Shown here: piece after piece, positions 24,125 through 27,702 of the stretch
How positions within the stretch are numbered: the stretch's first letter is position 1
Layout: the number at the start of each line of letters is the position of its first letter
IMG/VR virus record: IMGVR_UViG_3300020044_003756
Location: 1-27,702 of that record
Direction: 5' to 3' (one strand)
Source: a virus
Lineage: Duplodnaviria > Caudoviricetes
Length of the DNA stretch: 27,702 nucleotides
Notes under the pieces: generated by a model
Seen by the model: the letters and a program-made list of their open reading frames with translations, nothing else
Database searches by the model: none
What the model was told of the DNA's origin: nothing
Program-made: the position numbers and the translations under genes

Positions 24125-24517
24125 ATGCTAATTTTACAACTCAAAAAGAGAATCGAGATTCTTGAAGCGCAAGTTCAACAACTATTGAACGCGCAACCCG
24201 CTCAACTTCCAGCACCAACGAAAGAAAAGAAGCCTTCGTTTGTCAAACCAACCGTTGTTGAAATATACGATTACGCCTGCGAAAAACTAAGCGACAAAGA
24301 CGCGCTTGCATTTACCGAGAAATTTCATGCACACTACGAAGCGAACGGTTGGAAGGTCGGAAGAAATCAAATGAAAGATTGGAAGGCTGCCGTTCGCAAG
24401 TGGGACTTATCTACCTTTGTAACTACAAATCAACAAACTAAAATCAAAAATGGAAAATTCGATTCCGATGCTGCGCAACGCATCTACAACGACGCTCACA
24501 ATTACACAAAGGGTTGA
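24125..24517 (+). CDS. replication-initiator C-terminal-like domain protein
   Basis: F.KPT..EI..Y, F..HYE.NGWKVG.N.MKDWKAAVR.W motif typical of phage replisome-organiser C-termini. Confidence 0.7.
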   Translation: MLILQLKKRIEILEAQVQQLLNAQPAQLPAPTKEKKPSFVKPTVVEIYDYACEKLSDKDALAFTEKFHAHYEANGWKVGRNQMKDWKAAVRKWDLSTFVTTNQQTKIKNGKFDSDAAQRIYNDAHNYTKG

Positions 24518-25205
24518 TCGTGCGGAACGTGAAAGCGCGTTCGTTGCCGATTACGAACTACCTGCGTTCGTAAAGTTATGCTCGAAGGTCTGCGCTATGT
24601 ATGGCATCGCGTTACCGGAAGCGCAACTACTCCAGATGCTTCACGAATTTATAGGCAAGCACTTTCGTTGGGTTACGTTTGAACACTTTAACCTTGCGTT
24701 TGAATTGAATGCGGCAAACGAACTGAGTAAAAAGTGTGAACACTTCGGAGCGTTGAGCGTAGTGTTTATTGGTGACGTGTTAACCCATTACAAACCACAC
24801 CGTGACAAAGCGAATCTACAAATACAACGTGAAATCGCAGAATCAAAAGAAGAAGAATCTAAACAATTAAAAGAGAAAGAAATGGCGGTAAACGACGATA
24901 GCTGGCGAAGGATGTTAGCCGAAGATATTGCAAGTTATAAGAAGGGAAAATATACGGTCATTGAGATTCGTGCGGTGTCGCTTATGCGTTGGCTCGAAGA
25001 GGCGAACTACATTACCGCCGATACGTTCACGGATGAAGAATACAAACTTTGCAAAGCGAAGGCACGCAAGAACATCTATTTCGAGCAACAGTTGAACAAA
25101 CCAATGGTCGAAAGAATGAGTGACCGCAAACGACAGCTATTGAAAGAATCAATTCAATTCGAAGGTATGCGTGAGTTGTATAAATTATATTTGAGTAAGC
25201 AATGA
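24450..25205 (+). CDS. hypothetical replication protein (helicase-loader-like position)
   Basis: 251 aa directly after the initiator-like gene; helical; function inferred from synteny only. Confidence 0.5.
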   Translation: MENSIPMLRNASTTTLTITQRVDRAERESAFVADYELPAFVKLCSKVCAMYGIALPEAQLLQMLHEFIGKHFRWVTFEHFNLAFELNAANELSKKCEHFGALSVVFIGDVLTHYKPHRDKANLQIQREIAESKEEESKQLKEKEMAVNDDSWRRMLAEDIASYKKGKYTVIEIRAVSLMRWLEEANYITADTFTDEEYKLCKAKARKNIYFEQQLNKPMVERMSDRKRQLLKESIQFEGMRELYKLYLSKQ

Positions 25206-26044
25206 ATGTATTGAGTTTGTTTAATGGTATGAATACAGGCAGACAGGCACTTGAAAACGTAGGTGTTAAAATAAACAAATACTATTCAAGTGAAATAAAG
25301 CCCTATGCAATAGAATTAACACAACACCACTTTCCAGATACTATACAAGTTGGCGATGTCACTAAATGGAAGGAATGGGACATTGATTGGAAAACTATTG
25401 ATTTAGTTTTAAGCGGTTCTCCGTGTCAAGATTTGAGTGCAGCAGGAAAACGAGCAGGAATAAATGGTAGTAGAAGTAGTTTATTTTTTGTATTTGTAGA
25501 CATTTTAGAACATATAAAAAAACTAAATCCAAAAGTTTTATTTTTGCAAGAAAATGTAGGAAGTGCAAATAAATTAGACGTTGGAATAATGAGCCGCGCT
25601 TTAGGTGTTTATCCTTGTCGTATCAATTCAAGTTTAGTAACCGCTCAATTGAGAGATCGTTACTACTGGAGTAATATAAAAACAAGTAAAACAATGTTTG
25701 ATATTGTAACTGATATTCCACAACCAAAAGACAGATCAATAATACTGAAAGATATTATTACAAGTGGAAATGTAGAAATAAACAAACATACTTGTTTGAA
25801 TACTGGTAGTGGTGAAACTGAAAATGCAAAACAAGAATATCTATTAAACAGAAATTCAACTACTGGAATGATTACTTTAATACAAGAAGAAGAAAAAGTA
25901 AGAACAGTAAACAAAATTGAAATGTGTCGATTGCAAGGTTTTTCAGATAACTATTGCGATATTTTAACAACTGCAAAAGCTGGTAGTTTACTTGGTGACG
26001 GTTGGACACTTCCAATTATTGAACATATTTTTAGTTTTTTATGA
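25202..26044 (+). CDS. DNA (cytosine-5)-methyltransferase
   Basis: Motif I LSLFNG, IV GSPCQDLS, VI QENV, VIII Q.R.R.YW, IX RLQGF, X LGDGW. Confidence 0.92.
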   Translation: MNVLSLFNGMNTGRQALENVGVKINKYYSSEIKPYAIELTQHHFPDTIQVGDVTKWKEWDIDWKTIDLVLSGSPCQDLSAAGKRAGINGSRSSLFFVFVDILEHIKKLNPKVLFLQENVGSANKLDVGIMSRALGVYPCRINSSLVTAQLRDRYYWSNIKTSKTMFDIVTDIPQPKDRSIILKDIITSGNVEINKHTCLNTGSGETENAKQEYLLNRNSTTGMITLIQEEEKVRTVNKIEMCRLQGFSDNYCDILTTAKAGSLLGDGWTLPIIEHIFSFL

Positions 26045-27351
26045 CACCATACAAACCGACATACCTGCCGCGTCAAATTGAAGCGTTAAACTATTTGAAC
26101 ACCGATAGCATCGTTGAACAATTACTTTACGGTGGCGCGGCAGGTGGTGGCAAGACGAAGTTCGGTTGTATGTGGCAAATACAACGTCGTTTGAAGTACG
26201 CAGGGACGCGTTCTCTGATTGGACGTGCAAAGTTAGACAACTTAAAAAAGACTACCTTAAACACGTTCTTTGAAACGGCTGAAGAGTTTGGATTGATAGC
26301 AAACAAACACTACACTTTCAACGGTCAATCTAATATAATTAAGTTCTTCAACGGAAGCGAAATTGTCCTAAAAGACTTGCAGGCTTACCCCTCAGATGTT
26401 AACTATAATTCATTAGGGTCGCTTGAAATCACAGACTATTTCGTCGATGAATGTTCCGAAGTAACAGAAAAAGCGGTAAGCATTGTTCACTCTCGTTGTC
26501 GTTACAAGTTGAACGAGTTTGGGTTAATTCCCAAAGGTTTTCTTTCGTGCAATCCTGCGAAGGGGTGGTTGTACAATGAGTTCTACATGAAGAACAACAG
26601 GAACGAATTGCCTTCACACCGCGCCTTCGTGCAAGCGTTACCGCAGGACAATCCATTCTTACCGGTTGCCTACATTGAATCTCTTAGACGACTTCCTGAG
26701 TATGACCGCAAAAGACTTTTAGAAGGCAATTGGGAATTCGACGACGACAGCGACAAGCTATTTCAAACGGAGAATCTTCTTCGAATGTTCCGCAACGAAG
26801 TAATCAATGAAGGCAAGAAGTATATCACAGCCGATATTGCGCGTTTCGGAAAGGATAGAACAATCATTTGCGTTTGGGAAGGTCTAACTATCATTGACAT
26901 AATTGAAATGAATCGTGCGGCGTTGGACGAAGTCGTGAACAAAGTTCGTTTAACCTGTCAACAACACTCAATTTTATTGCAAGACGTAGTGTGCGACGAA
27001 GACGGAGTAGGCGGTGGTGTCGTTGACTTCTTGAAATGTCGAGGGTTTGTCAATGGATCAAAACCCAAACACCCACAATACCAAAATCTGAAAAGCGAAT
27101 GTTACTACAAGTTGGCGCAATACGTTGAGGAAAACAAGGTCACTATCTTATCCAGCACGCGCAAAGAACAAATCGTTCGTGAGTTGGAAATGATTAAGCG
27201 ACACCGCGCTGACGTGGACGGAAAGTTGCAGGTTACACCGAAGGACGTTATCAAGAACCGCGAAGGTATTTCTCCAGACGTTGCCGACGCTATCATGATG
27301 CGTATGTACTTTGAGTTGAACCCAAGTTATGGACAATATGTTGTCGGTTAG
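26041..27351 (+). CDS. terL: terminase large subunit
   Basis: Walker A YGGAAGGGKT, Walker B YFVDE, SCNP coupling motif, DNP.L, nuclease ADIARFG.D, DEDGVGGG and SPD.ADA. Confidence 0.93.
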   Translation: MTPYKPTYLPRQIEALNYLNTDSIVEQLLYGGAAGGGKTKFGCMWQIQRRLKYAGTRSLIGRAKLDNLKKTTLNTFFETAEEFGLIANKHYTFNGQSNIIKFFNGSEIVLKDLQAYPSDVNYNSLGSLEITDYFVDECSEVTEKAVSIVHSRCRYKLNEFGLIPKGFLSCNPAKGWLYNEFYMKNNRNELPSHRAFVQALPQDNPFLPVAYIESLRRLPEYDRKRLLEGNWEFDDDSDKLFQTENLLRMFRNEVINEGKKYITADIARFGKDRTIICVWEGLTIIDIIEMNRAALDEVVNKVRLTCQQHSILLQDVVCDEDGVGGGVVDFLKCRGFVNGSKPKHPQYQNLKSECYYKLAQYVEENKVTILSSTRKEQIVRELEMIKRHRADVDGKLQVTPKDVIKNREGISPDVADAIMMRMYFELNPSYGQYVVG

Positions 27352-27388
27352 CATAGCTTCATTATATTAGCACAAACAAAATAAACAC

Positions 27389-27702
27389 ATGAAAAAAATT
27401 ACATTCTTTTTAAGTCTGTCTGCAATGGTAATGTTTACTTCTTGCACGGAAAACCAAGCAAACGGTGAGCGAATTGGTATGATTACAAAGTTCACAAAAA
27501 GCGGTATAATTTGGAAGTCACACGAAGCACATCTAAACGCAACGCAAACAGGAATGAACTCTGCTGAAGGTTTTGATTTTTCCGTTGACAATGATATTAA
27601 TGATCCTGTAATTATTGCCACGTTAGATAGTGCAGCCAGTTACGGTTGGAAGGTAAAAATAAAATACCACAAAACTTTTGGTTACAATTGGTTTAGCAAT
27701 CG
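27389..27702 (+). CDS. lipoprotein, truncated by the window end
   Basis: Translated by hand: MKKITFFLSLSAMVMFTS-C lipobox, then TENQANGERIGMITKFTKSGIIWKSHE...; open to the end. Confidence 0.7.
   Translation, partial: MKKITFFLSLSAMVMFTSCTENQANGERIGMITKFTKSGIIWKSHEAHLNATQTGMNSAEGFDFSVDNDINDPVIIATLDSAASYGWKVKIKYHKTFGYNWFSN

Noticed and set aside
21386-27621. Minus-strand ORFs opposite the early/replication arm (e.g. 21386..21805, 25663..25914, 27367..27621)
   Set aside because: Shadows of plus-strand genes; 27367..27621 is the antisense of the lipoprotein gene.
1-27702. CRISPR array, diversity-generating retroelement, intron/intein, integrase, or stop-codon reassignment
   Set aside because: I saw no spaced repeat array, reverse transcriptase, homing endonuclease or recombinase motifs. 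TerL, capsid and portal are uninterrupted, and genes tile densely under the standard code.

Overview
A 27.7 kb segment of a tailed dsDNA phage, probably a siphovirus. The host is inferred to be Bacteroidota (Flavobacteriales-like) from TTG-N19-TAnnTTTG promoters and A-rich, Shine-Dalgarno-less starts. Two arms diverge at ~20.4 kb. The minus arm, in transcription order: VRR-NUC nuclease, sigma-like factor, Cys-rich protein, a structured leader, ParB-like protein, Mom-family adenine-modifying enzyme, TerS, frameshifting tail chaperone, tail and head genes in a non-canonical order, portal, lysis genes. The plus arm: small early genes, SSB-like protein, DnaA-C-like HTH, replication proteins, C5 cytosine methyltransferase, TerL, a lipoprotein. 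The main finding is a complete tRNA-Gly(UCC)-like cloverleaf (17447-17520, minus) written in frame into the last 25 codons of the mom gene. It keeps the GlyRS identity elements but has a bulged T-stem and other core deviations. I infer a phage-encoded, possibly non-ribosomal glycyl donor for tRNA-dependent DNA hypermodification. Secondary findings: an A11 slippage site at a portal domain boundary, a -1 tail-chaperone frameshift, an attenuator-like leader and an antisense sRNA candidate sharing a 12-mer, and a small protein resembling a ribonucleotide reductase C-terminal tail. All protein calls come from motif recognition by eye; no searches were run.
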